From the NCBI GenBank assembly GCA_963803145.1, contig CAWDLW010000025.1:100655-164654 (forward strand): a stretch of 64,000 nt of DNA. The letters run 5' to 3'. Every line of letters starts with the position of its first letter. The stretch's first letter is position 1. The stretch comes from Methanotrichaceae archaeon (lineage in GTDB: Archaea; Halobacteriota; Methanosarcinia; Methanotrichales; Methanotrichaceae). Both the position numbers and the translations under genes were made by a program. The notes under the pieces are model-generated. The model saw only the letters and a program-made list of their open reading frames with translations. It did not search any database and was not told the DNA's origin. Shown in pieces: positions 62,665-64,000 of this stretch.

Positions 62665-64000
62665 TCACGGCGAAAGCATATATACCACAGTAATATCACC
62701 CGGCGACGCGTTCCTTTCGATCCTCAGCGGTAGATTAAACTCGGCTGGCTTGAGGCAGCAGAGAGATTCGCGGTCGCAGTAGTAGCCTACAATCTCTATT
62801 TTGAGATCTGCATTGCCTTTATCCTTAATCTCAATAGGAATGTAGTAACTGAAACTATCATTATCCTGACGCTTGGATGCGGAAACCGCTATTATATCAG
62901 GGTTCTCTGAGCTAGTGCTGATCTGCTGATCCGCATCTTTATTCCAATGATATCCTTCCGGAAGCATGAGCTGGAAGTATATCCCTTTGGACTCAGGCAA
63001 AATGGATCTCTCGGTGAGTTCGATGACCTTCTCAGGCCGCTGCTTTTCCGAAGTCTCAAAGTTTATTGTGGACACACTTCCTGTCTCGGGATTGTAGGCT
63101 CTGACGACGTGGTTGTTTGTATCCGCTATGTAGAATATCCCATTCAGGACCGCCAAATCGTTTGGCTCATTCAATCCTGCGCTCAGGGCATTGCCATCTT
63201 TCCGTCCCATGGAACCGGTACCAACGAGCGTAGTTACGTCCCGGAGACCGAGATCGATCTTCTTAATCTTATGGTTATAGCTGTCTGCTACATAAAGGGC
63301 ATTATCATAGTAATGAACGCCTATAGGATGCTGAAGTCTCGCATCTGCAAAGGGCCCATCGATATCTCCGAAGATAAAGAGGCCTTTGCCGATCAGCGTA
63401 GTAACAACATCGTTCTCCACACCTCTGATCGCAGAGACCTCGCTGTCAGCGAAATAAATAGATTTACCATCGGTAGTTATGCCAGATGGCTGAGCAAGAG
63501 ATGCACTACACCTAGGCCCATCCAGCAGCCCCTCTGCTTCTGAGCCAGCATAGGCTTCAATATAAAGATCAACTAATTCATCTTCCATAGCTGAAGGCGC
63601 CAGCCATCGAATATAGAGATGGTTCCCTAAAATCGTCAGATCCCAAGGGGAGTTCAATGAGACCTCGGATCCTTTGCCGCCATTCTGCTTGGAGGACCCT
63701 TTTTCTCCTGAACCCGAGATTGTTGCGACGGTCTATCTTTTAAGTCTGCCTTGCGAATAAGTGTTTTCAGTATCAGCCACATAAAGGCAGTTCCTCAATG
63801 AATCAAAAGCGACACCTTGCGGCCTGAAGAAGCTTGCCTCTGAAAATCTGCCGTCAGCTCTACCCTGCTCTCCTGAGCCTATGATGTCTGAAACCTTGCC
63901 ATCAGGATTCACTACCATTATTCTATTATGGCCCGAATCGGAGATGAATAACCTCTTTGATGCTGGATCGACATCGATCTTTCCTGGAAATCGCATGAAG
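62665..64000 (-). CDS. NHL-repeat (NHLRC2-like) protein, 5'-truncated, with several single-base frameshifts
   Basis: RFPGK, LFISDSGHNRI, PQG, YVADTEN, SPWD, AQPSG, LQHP motifs; indels at ~63590-63770. Confidence 0.82.

Noticed and set aside
1-64000. tRNA or rRNA genes
   Set aside because: No cloverleaf, T-loop or rRNA signature noticed by eye; tRNAscan-SE and barrnap were not run

Overview
Chromosomal window from a methanogenic archaeon, most likely Methanotrichales (Methanothrix/Methanosaeta-like). This is inferred from coenzyme F430 genes cfbA/E/D, afpA, archaeal secE and aglB, GAGGTG ribosome-binding sites and sheath-protein-like genes. Bases 1-30.8 kb form a cell-envelope region: a family of secreted, beta-rich, Cys-ended proteins (two MspA-like sheath paralogues plus related genes, one duplicated 28 kb away), an oligosaccharyltransferase, a solo TnpB element, two convergent glycosyltransferase clusters (one AT-rich, with wzt but no wzm) and a repeat-bearing metalloprotease. 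Bases 31-36 kb are housekeeping. Bases 36-64 kb are accessory, with IS481, IS701, an IS110 interrupted by an IS1-family element, secreted orphans and decayed genes. The best signal is the IS110 upstream non-coding region: it folds into a bridge/seek-RNA-like structure whose loops match both flanks of its own insertion site (target GCTTTAT-TT-TAGCC) and one donor end, and one helix arm can alternatively pair with the recombinase start codon. Several indels may be sequencing errors. All family calls come from motif recognition, not database searches.
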